A stretch of 64,000 nucleotides of DNA, taken from contig OX597833.1 of the NCBI GenBank assembly GCA_951406725.2, positions 71,362,001-71,426,000 on the forward strand, read 5' to 3'. Position 1 is the stretch's first letter. Every line of letters starts with the position of its first letter. This document shows positions 25,931-37,829 of the stretch, piece after piece. The notes below the pieces were generated by a model that made no database searches, had not been told where the DNA came from, and saw only the letters and a program-made list of their open reading frames with translations. The stretch comes from Octopus vulgaris (lineage: Eukaryota). Position numbers and translations under genes: made by a program.

Positions 25931-27498
25931 GAATAAAAACATCAATATGATTTGATACTTTGGCAGAATCCCCGACATCCCAAACCACATCTTTATCCGA
26001 ATGCTATCACTGTGGAAAAGAATAGATTTCTTAGGATGCTTTATAATTTGCGTATTCTCATCCTTAACAGCCGTGCAAAGTTCCATGAAAACATGGGTTT
26101 TCAAAAAAAAGTTATTTTGTTATAGATGGGTAATGATCTACTTTGTCAAATTGTGTGAAATAGTAATTTCTTTTATCTCCCATAGAAAGAAAACAATTAA
26201 TTACACTCTGCTAATTTTCCTCGTGAGACAATATGGGACATTTTTGTACATCATTATCTGTTCTGTTTAATATAGTTTTGCTAAGTCTAAAGATTTGTTT
26301 TCATAAGGTTAATAAGTTGGTCAATTACTTGTAGAATTAGCTTTATGATGCTTAATTATATATGGTCTTTTTTAAAGTTAAGGATCTTCTTTCTGTCATC
26401 TATATTAAGAGGGGAGATTGTAAGCTAGGTCCCTATTACACAGAGTTTATTTTATTGGTAATACTATCTCAACAAATCATTGTAAACATCATCATCATCA
26501 TTATTTAACTTTCATGTTCCATGCTGGCATGGGTCAGACAGTTTTACATAACGTGTGTGAGTCGTGTGCAACCCTGGGTCTATGGTTAAGAAGTACACTG
26601 GAGAACCAAGTAGTTTAGCGTTCGCTTCCACTGCATGGCAATGTTGGGGGGAGGGGAAGCATTCAGACATCGACCAAAAAAGAAAATTATTGCAATAAGT
26701 TTTGACCAATTATATAAGAATTTATGTGTGAGCAAAAGAAAGTGTGTGTAAGTGACTGTTTGTGGGTATGTGTGGCAGTTTGATGTGTCAGTGCAGTAAC
26801 CCCTGAAACCCCCCTCACTTATAGCTTGCTACCATTGGCTAATCCATGGCGTAAGGCAGGAAGTAGGACAGTACTGCCACTACACAACCTCTCCTTCACC
26901 AAAACTCCTACCAGGCCCCCCTTTTGGTCACCCATGGGATCTCCAGGAATATTGGGCTCCTAGAGATATTGACATGCTGGTCTACTCTGGTGAATATTCC
27001 CCAACATTTAACAGTCACTATTCTGCTGCCTTTAAGATGAGTCCAAGAAGAGAATGGCAAAGGAAGAACACTTTGAGAGAAAAAAAAGCAAGGTATGGGG
27101 GTGGTCACCTTTGACCCTTTTACTGAATAAACCAGACATATCCAATCATGTCATTACCTTTAGCTTTGGAAAGCAGTTTTATATAGGAATCTGTCTTTTG
27201 TTGAAGAATGTCATGTTCATTGAAACTATGAGATGTGTTGAGTTTGCTGAGGCAATGAAACTTGCACAAAATGCCAATTCTTTCTCTCTCTCCCTCCCTC
27301 TGTTTTTGGTAGATATTTAACATGATTACTAGAATAACCATGAAATTTAATTTTACAGTGAAAGGATTAAAGAGAATTCCAACAGACTGGATTTCTGGCA
27401 ATGCCCTGATATAGTCGTCTTGGGCCACCACCGGATGTATCATCTTCACAGAAAAGATAGTGATACTGAGGAATACTCATCTCGAAATCACTATAAGG

Positions 27499-27699
27499 CA
27501 GTGGTTTTCAACCAGGGTTCCGCCAGTACAGTCCAGGGGTTCCGCAAGAAGTTACAAAACTGCTAAAATCGGCAGTCATTTTTAATTCTCCTGTGCAGAT
27601 ATGTGTGCATAAGACTATTAGATTATTGCACAGGGGTTCCTCGATCCAGTGGAATGTTTCCTTGGGGTTCCACTCCAGCAAAAAGTTTGAAAAGCACTG
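27499..27699. mobile_element. hAT-type MITE
   Basis: TIRs CAGTGGTTTTCAA / TTGAAAAGCACTG; 8 bp TSD ctataagg / ttataagg. Confidence 0.9.
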
Positions 27700-27869
27700 T
27701 TATAAGGCTTCTTTCGGTATTTTCTCTTGCAAGTCCAGCAGTAATAGAGAACTTGGCAATGGGAGCAGGGTTGAATGTATTGGAAGCTTCTAGTTAGAAT
27801 CCTCTAAGTTAGTGGCAGAGGGTAACAACCATTGGCAGCTACGATTAGGGGGGAGCTGTTCAAGGAAGA

Positions 27870-29680
27870 CATTTACATGACTAAACAGCCTTGTCTAGGG
27901 ACTGTGCTGCTCACCCCAACTAGGGAAGGGCTTAGAAAAGGAGGTGCAAAAATGTCCAAGCAATTGAATTCTTAGATATGAAAGTGCATGTGTTCAAACA
28001 TTGCACATAGCAGTTGTAAAACCAGAAATAATATACCACTCCAGATAGGGAACTTGGGACACACAGACACTGGTGTTGGAAGCTCAACAAGTCGACCCAA
28101 GCAGTAACTGCTCTTTGTAGTCAGTGGAGTGAGGGGCTGCGACATAAACATGGCACAAACTTTATTGCACTCACATTGGAGATCACGCGGTCGTTAGCCT
28201 CAAATCGCCAGGTCTGATCGGCATTTGTGAGAGATGCAGCAATGAGGATGAACGAAGCCAGCTCAACCCACCCCGGGTGAATGCTGTCTCAAGACAAGTC
28301 AAAGTCAAGCACTCACATTGAGATATTAGTTGACCTGAACAAACAGCAGCCAATGTCACCCAATGTCTCCTTTGTAGGAGTCACCGGGCTTGTTTACTGA
28401 GTATGTACCAAGTCCGTCATCTGATATTCAGGTCAAAGGTTGCTTCAACCAAACATTAGATTAGGCACTGATTAAAATAGTAAAAAACAAAAAAAAAAAA
28501 CAAAGTCATCCAAATGAGTGAATCATTGCAAGAGAAAGGAGGAATTTAAATAAAACCAAGATTGATCAGGAATTCTGGAATTGGGAAACACAACTGCCAA
28601 TAGCTTCAAACATCTTTCGCTGAGTGGAGAGCATCACATCATTATTACGACCATCATCTTCTTCTAGCAGAATAATAAACTTCAAAGATGAATTCTAAAT
28701 CCAAACACTGAAATTTTATTGACTGCAACACTGAAGGAAGCTGATTATGGCAAAGATTGATGCTTAATATTAACAAGAAAGACAGTTACAATCCTCAAAA
28801 ACCACCAAACATGAAGAAACTCAATAACAACCAAATTGCATGATTGCATTAGTTTTAAGAACTTTGTCACCCTCTGGCTTCCTAGCAGAAAGGTTTAGAG
28901 GCATTCATCCCCTTGGAAGCCTTGGCTTGGATGGCAAATGGTAAGTCTTAAGTTTTACACTTAATGAAAACTGACAAGAACTCCATCAGAATTGGCAAGC
29001 TTCTGAAAGATATGTCACAGACCCACAGAACAATCCCTCATCACATACTCTAAAAAAAACAATGAGCTCTCCAGTGTAAGGTCCAATCCACTGTCCATGC
29101 CTTGGTGGATTGCAAAACCTTGGGAAATCTGGATCCAAGCAGACATGACATGGCACATACAATTTCTGTGATGCAATTAAGACTTGTTAAGGACCCCTGG
29201 GAACTGTTTCCATGGAAGCAATCAAGCACTTACAATCTGACCTTCATTAACATTATGTGATGATCTGCCCAACCCTCAGCTCCCCTCAAAGCATGGATGA
29301 CCAGAACATCTTTCAAATCTACCATGGTCAAGTCCAATGGATGGCAGTATTTGGATCTGGAATGCATCCATGAGGTTATGCTGCCCATCAAACAAACAAA
29401 CGAGATCTAAAGCCACAACTATTACTATTCCCAACACCATGGTCTTCACTGTGCTCTATCAGCCCTCCAAGGCCACCATTCCAGTAGTTGTTACAGCTAC
29501 CATCAATGTCCAGAAAACTAAAGTCACTCGTCTCTGGCACACTCTGCAACTCAGCCTCCCTCACAGCAACCTCAACAACCTCAACACAAAACTCTGAAGA
29601 CTTTGGAAAGTCGAGAGGGTTTTCCTAAATAACCCTGTCCAGGTGCAGACCAAGGTTCTCGTCCACTCGATGGCCTGTGA
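27870..29680 (+). mobile_element. Very decayed RTE-clade LINE
   Basis: 'GIGKHNC...EHHIIITTIIF' resembles the RTE endonuclease block GVGKxNxNG..EHxLxITNTxF; the remainder is fragmentary. Confidence 0.45.
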
Positions 29681-29987
29681 TTCCACTCTTTTGTAATACA
29701 AACCATTTACCAGAGAGTTACTGGGTGCTTTATATGTGGCACCAGCACCGAGAGGGTCACCAAGCAACTTGCAAGACAAAACCCTCCTCGTCTGGGAGGA
29801 GGTGCTGTGTGCCAGTTGAAAGATTAAAGATACAGAGAGACAAGGATAGGTGTAGATGCATGGACACTCCAGTTGGAAAAGAAAGGAGAGTTAGAGAGTA
29901 ATAGGAGAGCAGGTGAGTTAGAGAGTAAGATAAAGAGAGCTATAGTTATTTATATATGTATACATATGTATATATATATATATATAC

Positions 29988-30276
29988 GCCGACCAATGCC
30001 TTGTGAGTGAATTTGGTAGACGGAAACTGAAAGAAGCCTGTCGTATATATATATATATATGTATGTGTCTGTATGTTTGTGTGTCTGTGTTTATCCCCCT
30101 AGCATTGCTTGACAAACGATGCTGGTGTGTTTACGTCCCCGTCACTTAGCGGTTCGGCAAAAGAGACCGATAGAATAAGTACTGGGCTTACAAAGAATAA
30201 GACCCGGGGTCGATTTGCTCGACTAAAGGCGGTGCTCCAGCATGGCCACAGTCAAATGACTGAAACAAGTAAAAGA
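29988..30276 (+). mobile_element. 5'-truncated S1 SINE
   Basis: Matches S1 body and tail. Confidence 0.88.
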
Positions 30277-30439
30277 AAGATATGTATATATATTGTGTAC
30301 AGAAAGTAATTACATAATTCAGTATTATAAATTGTCATTGAACCGACTAAAGCATGACGACGACAAACATTTAATTGAAATCATACAACCATAACACTAT
30401 ACACCCACAAACATATATTTCACGCCAATTCTTACGTGT

Positions 30440-30620
30440 TTAACATGATCCATTAAACTTCTGTGCCAAATATCTGTTGCCTTGAAGAAGACCCAGGTTC
30501 AGCTGCTTCTCTTAGAAGATTGTCAGCCAAAGTGGTTTGTCTTCCAGAATGAGTCTCATCAGACAGATCATTATTATTATTTTAAAACTTTTGAAACCAA
30601 AGCTGGCATTTATGAGTTCT
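30440..30620 (-). pseudogene. Mariner transposase N-terminal fragment
   Basis: 'DLSDETHSGRQTTLADNLLREAAE' (cf. DLxDxxRSGRPxxxDxxxLxxxVE). Confidence 0.55.
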
Positions 30621-30865
30621 TACTAAATCAGGATAAAATTCCACAAATGATTTTCATTGGCTTTCTCTACTAGTGTTACCCTTTGAAAATTTATACAATA
30701 AACAATCTTTCTTTACAGTTATCAAATGTTCCTTAAAGTTTTTTTTCTTTCAATAGGGTTAAACTTTATTATAGATGATACACTGATGGCTATAGAAATG
30801 ATAAACTAGATTTATCATCATTCCTTACTTGCTGAGTAATATTTAATTACTTTCTGGAGACTTAC

Positions 30866-30974
30866 AGACACACAGATTTGCACGCATTTGTACATACACA
30901 TTCAAAGCTTGATACAGACAACATGTGCACTCATTCTGGAACAGCAAAAATGCAACATCTCTGACAAAGCGCAT
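30866..30974 (-). CDS. Weak candidate exon (109 bp, phase 0-1)
   Basis: GTTGTTTTCTTTTAAATCACAG| acceptor, |GTAAGT donor; only one frame open (MRFVRDVAFLLFQNECTCCLYQALNVYVQMRANLCV). Confidence 0.3.
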
Positions 30975-31701
30975 CTGTGATTTAAAAGAAAACAACATAA
31001 AAACAAACATGAAATGGGAAAAAAATAGGGATATACCCCAAAAATATTGCAGATACCAACATAAATTCATTATAAAAAAAAAGTTTGAACAGACAACTGA
31101 TGATGCAGCTATAGCATCATCAGTTATACACAGGGACGTCAACATTGATAGGAAAACAGAAAGGAAAAAAAGCCATACATGTGCATACAAGGCAACAAAA
31201 ACTACAGGAACTGAACCACAAGCATCGAATTCAAGCTACATACACAAAACACTACACACCAACATAAATATGTTTGTATATAAGAAAAATTGCAATCCTA
31301 TTGACGAAAACCACTGGACTATAAAATACACAAAACAGGCTGCAAGATCAACAAACTAATAAAAACAGAAGCAGAAAACCATGAAAAATACAAACAAGGT
31401 GTGTGATCATTGAACCGTAAAGAAGAGCAAAAGGGTTTGTTTTTATTTATGTTGGTATTTGATAAACAAGAAATGTGCACAACAAAACAACAACCATTTT
31501 TATTAGAAACATATGAATCTGATAAACAGGAAATGCAACTAATGGTCCCAACAACAACAAAACAGTTCTTAAAATAACAAATTGGTTCCAAACAAATGGA
31601 GGAGTTCTCCATTTTCAATAATGAGGATTCAGTTATACTCCCAAATGAGTTACTTGTTCTTTGAATTCACTTGTAAGTGGCTGAGTATTCCACAGACACC
31701 C

Positions 31702-31921
31702 TTAACCCTTTAGCATTTAAACCGGCCATATCTGGCCAAAAGTATTCTGCCTGTTTTATGGCCAGATCTGGTCTTTCACACCAACCCTACAATATCGTTT
31801 TAAAAATTAACAGCTACCTCATCAAAATCTCATAGCTACAAGATGATGCATGATTAGTTCAAAATAATGAGGACGAAAAAGCTTTAATTATGGCAGAATA
31901 ATGTGAACACTAAAGGGTTAA
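31702..31921. mobile_element. piggyBac-type MITE family B
   Basis: TTAA|CCCTTTAG ... CTAAAGGG|TTAA; interior unrelated to family A. Confidence 0.85.
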
Positions 31922-32541
31922 TGTGAGACAATGTAACTCTAACCTTTTAGAATTACTAGTATAATCCATCTGACAGGCTTCGATACAGTTTCTGTTCACC
32001 CACTTTCACATATGAAATATGCGATGCCCAATAACTTTAGAAAATGACACTGTCCCAAGATACCAGGCAATAGTATTGAACCCAGCATCTCATTGTTGTA
32101 AAGTAAACTTCTTAATCATTTGGCCACACTGTGCGTCCTTTCACCCTTACTTCACCTTTTAACAAACACATCGAAATAAAAACAAAACCAACAGAAGCAC
32201 AAAGCACAAAATATAAACAACCAACAAAAACAAAACAAAATAAGCACAAAATCCTAAAATAAAGCAAGAAACCAACTGAAGAAAACCAGAACAAAAAATA
32301 CTAATGATTGAAACCAACCGAATGAAACAAGCAGACACAGGCAATGCTATTACAAAACTCAGCAGATCAAAAAGGACATCAGTTATTGGAAAATCAAGAC
32401 ACTATACAGCACTAGCAGTTCTCACCTGACGATTGCTTTTGTGTGAAACTCAAGTTGCAAAGATGGAATTCAGCAGAAATATAACACACACACACATATA
32501 TATATAATACACACACACACACACACATATATATATAATAT

Positions 32542-32572
<31 letters not shown>

Positions 32573-32576
32573 ATAT

Positions 32577-32642
<66 letters not shown>

Positions 32643-33585
32643 GTGACTTTCTGTACACTTTCAGCCTAATGAACCTCCCTCTCACAAGGTGTTGAACAAT
32701 AAGAAGCTTTAGTAGAGATATAAACCTAACTGGTTGCTCATTAAATTAACCAAATATCTACATAGATAGATAAATAGATAGATAGACATATATTGGTGCT
32801 CACGTGGGTGTTTGGTTGGTTAAAAGTTTTAAATATATTTTGTACCAAAATAATACAAGTTGGTGGTTTTTACTTTTATTGGGCATTTCAATATTTTGGG
32901 GTTGCGATCCCTTCTGCAGCTCACAACAAATTTCAAAAGGTTTCATGAACAAGGGGCCCCAACCCCAAAATACTGAAATACAACATAGAAGTAAGAACCA
33001 CTGACATATATTATAACTCCAAACTTATGGCACAGTGAATTGCTTCATAGAACTGTTTTTGTCACAGACGGTGCCCAACTGACCCCCCTATACTGTGTAG
33101 TTGATAAAACATAAACAAACAATGCGCATGTGCAAAATTCAAAATATAAAATGGTGACAATTTACCCATCGTACCCAGTGTATAAATATATATATATATG
33201 ATTACATATACATACACACACACACATATACATATACGTACAAATATATGTATCATTTTATTCAATTAATTCTGATGAAACGACTGCTGGTGCTATTATG
33301 TAATATACACAACACAATATTCGTGATTAAATCATAGTTAACATCAGTGTCTATGGACATAATGTGTGATTTGTTACCTTAAGTTGTTGAAACAATTGTA
33401 AACCATGGAATAAACATTATGCTATAAACACCACTTATATACACACACAAACATTTCGCTTATGCATAGTGATACTGACAACCTGGTGTAGAACTCAATA
33501 TACATATGCTTCAGAACAAAGCATTAGTTGAGTACAGAGCAGTGATAAGAAAATGAGAGAGCATGGAATAAACAGTCATCTTATG

Positions 33586-33700
33586 GAACTTCATTAGCTC
33601 ATAGCCGAAACAGCTGTTAAGCTAATGAAGTTCATAGCCGAAACAGCTGTTAAGCTAATGAAGTTCATAGCCGAAACAGCTGTAAGCTAATGAAGTTCAT
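33586..33700 (+). repeat. 3 x 33 bp tandem of a hammerhead 3' half
   Basis: Unit tcatagccGAAACAGCTGT(t)AAGCTAATGAAGt, preceded by its inverted complement gaacttcattagct; same family as 36271-36319. Confidence 0.85.
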
Positions 33701-33981
33701 AAAATAAGCATTTATTCATTTGTCATCATATCCTCTTACACACACATATATACTTATATTCATACATACATATACATACACACACGCACACACATATGAT
33801 AAAGTATTATCTATAACAATGAGTTTCACAAACCTGAGAGCTCTTCAGAAGTGACAATATATATATTTTACTAGACTCATTCTTCTGAATAAAAATTTAC
33901 ACACACACACATCATGTGTGTGTATATTTATAATATAAATATATACGTAGCTGGCTTAATGATGAATGATAAAGGAGTGCT

Positions 33982-34035
33982 CAATACGGGTTGGAGAGCT
34001 CACAGTGTCATGTGACAAGCTCTCATCTTCAGTTA
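33982..34035 (-). ncRNA. Degenerate hammerhead relic
   Basis: Reverse complement: TAA CTGAAGA T GAGAGCTT...GAGCTCTC CAACC C GTA TTG; strong stem II but GAAA box mutated. Confidence 0.35.
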
Positions 34036-35796
34036 TAAACACTCAGACTCTGCACTCTTCAGGCCTCCATTCTAAGTAGCACGACCGTGTTTCTATGAAA
34101 CATAGAAATATATACGTGTCTGTCTGTGTGTCTGCACATCATATATATCCTCAGGATGCTCATCATTTAACATCTCTTTTTCCATGCTGGCATGGGTTGG
34201 GTGGATCAGCATCACCATTTAGAGCCAGAGGGCTGTGCTTAATCCCAGTGTCTGCCTCATCAAGGCTTCTTCTTGACCCCAGCTAATTTGAAGAGTGCAC
34301 TGGGTGTCTTCATTCCTTATGGTGTCACCACTAGTCTGTAGCCTTGCAGATCACAAGATTAAAAATCCACCCTTGACTGAGTAGGAGTACAGCAGAGAGT
34401 GGTGCAGCTTTAATCTTGGGGTCAAGGGGCTAAAGTTAGATACAGAGACAGGTTTTGTGTCATAGAGGGAGTACACAGCTACCACAGATTATATAAGGAT
34501 GGGTGGGAATAACTGGGGTGGAGAAGGAAAGAGAGATAAGGGTGGTGGTGATGGAGTGTCAGGGTGGCTCTCAAGATACAAGAAGACAAATAGAAGAGAG
34601 AGCAGGGTCAGAAGATGGGGTATAGTGGGTAGGTGGGTAAAGATGCAAGACTTGGGAAAGGAGAGTGAGAGATGGTTAAAGATGGGTATAAGGGCCAATG
34701 AACAAGGGTGGTAGGGTGGTTCATGGTAAATATGAGTTGGGGTTCACACACACGTGTATGTGTATATACATGTACATATATGTATATACATACATGTATG
34801 TATTTATGCACACACACACACACACACACACATAGCGAAATTTAAACCTTAAATTCCATAACAAAGTACCAGTTTTGAGAATTTCATGAGTATTTTTGTT
34901 TCTGCTAAGGAGAAAAGTAAAAACACAACAGATTCAGATTGTTTATGAGATATTTACTTACACCATCTTGCAGATGCTTCATTAACAAAAAATAACTATA
35001 AGTTACATAAACAAAATGTACTGTGAAATCTTCAGAGATGCGTAAACTTCAAATGTAACATTACTGGATTGCTGAACTGCTGACAGAAGAACCATCATAA
35101 GAATAATGACTAAAAATTTACAAATACATACACACACACACACACACACAAATATACTTCCCATAAGTAAACATGCATATAACAATCTATATATACGTTC
35201 CCACACGCATACACACAAATATATACAAACACATACATACAATTTCTATATTGGATAATTTAATGTACACAGGATCTAAATGCAAGCAGCTCTAAGATTC
35301 TTGCTCTGATAATGCAAAAGTTGAATGAGTTTGCACAGCATGCCATGTACTGTTATTATTCAATCCTTCGGGCTTAGAATACAACATGGCTGCTCTGAGA
35401 AAAAACAAGATAAAATGAGAAAAGACAAGAGAAATACAGTAAATGGAAAAAGGATTTGGGGGGGGGGGGGGGATAAAAAACATTATTTCTTCCTCAGAGA
35501 GCAGCCATTTATACACAAAACACTATACAAGCTTGTCTAACTATTGTATTTTCAGAGGTACGAAACTTAAAGTAGTTCACATTTAAATCCTGTGGATAAT
35601 AAATGATATCTCGTTGTATGGAGGAGCTTTTCTGTTGATCCCACCAATAACAGTATACTTATTCTCTCTCGCGCTCTCTCTTTCTCTCTCTTTATATATA
35701 TATATATGGAGAGTTTACGAAAAAAACAAAAGACGAAGACAGGTGGTGTACAAAACAAACAGATGTGTTAGTATAACGCTCAGGAATAGAAAAAGT

Positions 35797-35832
35797 CTTT
35801 TATGTTTCGAGCCTACGCTCTTCTACAGAAAG
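35797..35832 (-). ncRNA. Minimal hammerhead-like motif (A6U variant) in a ~180 bp TA-flanked unit (~35708-35890)
   Basis: Reverse complement: CTTT CTGTAGA A GAGC-GTAG-GCTC GAAAC ATA AAAG. Confidence 0.6.
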
Positions 35833-35885
35833 GGACACAGAAAAAACAAGGAGAGAAAAAAAATGTGTGTAGTGGCTAACAATCT

Positions 35886-35927
<42 letters not shown>

Positions 35928-36270
35928 TATATGGCAAATGAAAGACAGAAGATGGAATATACGGGAATTTATTAATAATCCCAAAAATTGTTTCGGCACA
36001 TCTAGCATTGATCCATCATGGATGGGACAACTCAACAACTGGTTCAGTTATATATACATATGCTTTGCCCAGCAGGACCAATAACCAGTTGTTAGAACTT
36101 TATATATTTATATGCAGTATTACTAAGTCTCAAAGGTAAAGTGATGTGAATTTACTGACATCTTCTGCTCCAGATTCTTATATGAACCAGAAGATAAGTA
36201 CAGAGTATAATAAATATTATTAATTAATAAAAGAATAAAAAAAAAACAGGAATAATGTAATCACCTTCAT

Positions 36271-36319
36271 TAGCTTACAGCTGTTTCAACTATAAGTTGA
36301 CAAAGCTTCATCAGAGCCA
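36271..36319 (-). ncRNA. Type-I hammerhead ribozyme motif, canonical core
   Basis: Reverse complement: TGGCT CTGATGA AGCT-ttgtcaacttat-AGTT GAAAC AGCT GTA AGCTA. 5 bp stem I, palindromic stem III, GUA site. Confidence 0.75.
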
Positions 36320-37610
36320 TAACATGATGCTAAGGCTCTGATTAAATTAGAAAATGTCACACTCCTACTCAACTCTGGGTGCAGTTCTTCACAGCCTAAA
36401 CAGCTGTATGCTATTGAATGGAATTACACCATTCCCGTTCTCTTATTCTGCTGTTAATTTACACACACACACACAAATTCCTATTGTCTTCATTTAAATA
36501 TCTTGGCTTGTTTGTTTTATTTCTCCTTTACGAAGCTCCTGGCTATTACTTCTCCCCCACCTATATCAGCATTCTATCAATCACATTATTACAATATAAA
36601 AGGCAAATTTAACACCCTTTGCAGCAGAAATGTAAGTGAATTAAGGATACTAGCCAGTTAATTAATCAATTAACATTTCTCTTTGCACAAACAGTGTTTG
36701 TATACCACACCCTTTTCTGATAGATGGACCGAGTGTGGAACAAACAAATGGTGGTAAACAAAATTTTGGGAGAAACTGATATGACATGCCTGCTAGTAAA
36801 TGTCCATGCAAAGCGTCATTTCAGATGCACCCATTTCCCTGTTCACTCGTTACCCCTTTCTGTATTCTTAAAATTGGTACGTTCAATGCAGGCACATTAA
36901 AAAGTAAGACTGGTGCTGGCGAGATTGCTGAGATGCTAGAATGGAGGCTTGTAGATGTGTGATGCATTCAAGAAGTAAGATGGAAGGGAGCCTCAGTCAA
37001 GTTCCTCACTGGCAAAGAACATGGGAAGGCATTAGTGATGGGGAAGGTGACATGGGTATAATTTAAGCTAAGAAATGGGTGGATAAGGTTATTAAGGTAA
37101 TCAGAGTGTGTGATAGACTAGTTTTGCAAAGTGATACAACTATTATTTCTATGCTCCTCAAACAGACAGCCAGGCAATAAAAAAAGGATCAATTTTATGA
37201 TATCCTTTATCAATCTACTTCCACAACAAATAACAGTGATCTTATGTTCATGGTTGATGATTTGAATGGACATGTTGGGCAACATTCAGATGGCTCCCAT
37301 AGTACATAAGGAGACTACAGAGTTGGTTCCTGAAATGAGGACAGAACAAGGCTACTGGAGTTCTGTGGTGCAAGCAATCTAATGGTCTGTAACACTAACT
37401 AGGAAACCAGCCAATCACCTGATCATCTGTCAAGCTGGTGGCCATAAAAGCCAGATTGACTACATTCTTACCAGAAGGCAGAATAGAGGATTGCTCATAA
37501 ATACAAAAACCTTCCCAGGTAAAGAAATGGGTTAGTCATGAGCGACTTCAGACTTTAGGCTAGAAAGACTCCAAGAAGCAAACCAGTTCGGAAAAGGAAG
37601 ATATGAAAGC

Positions 37611-37829
37611 TTAACCTTTTCATTACTAACCCGGCTCTGGCTCTGAGTACAAATGTCTTGTTTTCATAAGTTTTGAATTAAAATCTTCCACCAAACCTTA
37701 GTCACAATTTATGTTCCTAACACTAGCTGAATGATAACTAAGTTATTTTACTAAATTCTTTGTTATATTTAAAATTAATTGAAAGAAACACAGAGCATCT
37801 CAACAGAAATACAGTAACAAAAGGGTTAA
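37611..37829 (+). mobile_element. piggyBac-type MITE family A inside the RTE LINE
   Basis: TTAA TSDs; removal restores ...*KLKDP (RTE WKLKD motif). Confidence 0.92.

Larger units (their letters stand above)
24790..26410 (-). mobile_element. Decayed Penelope-like element (RT plus linker preceding GIY-YIG), interrupted by an S3 repeat and the HHR palindrome
   Basis: Minus-strand blocks in PLE order: 'LNIDDR', 'KHHKAN..LINLMKTNL', 'FTQFDKVDHYPSITK', 'QIIKHPKKSILF', 'GCRDSAKVSNHIDVF', 'KICRDND', 'IMKIVNSNN...YNCNSPTVFPVNGNCLEESVINVATV'. Confidence 0.82.

Noticed and set aside
33599-33700. CRISPR-like 33 bp repeats containing GAAAC
   Set aside because: Units are contiguous with no spacers, there are no cas genes, and the context is eukaryotic; explained as a hammerhead-half tandem.
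33813-33853. Minus-strand CTGAAGA...GAAAC
   Set aside because: Stems I and II do not pair convincingly.
35007-35109. Candidate minus-strand exon with a hydrophobic peptide
   Set aside because: Weak donor and phase incompatible with the next candidate exon.
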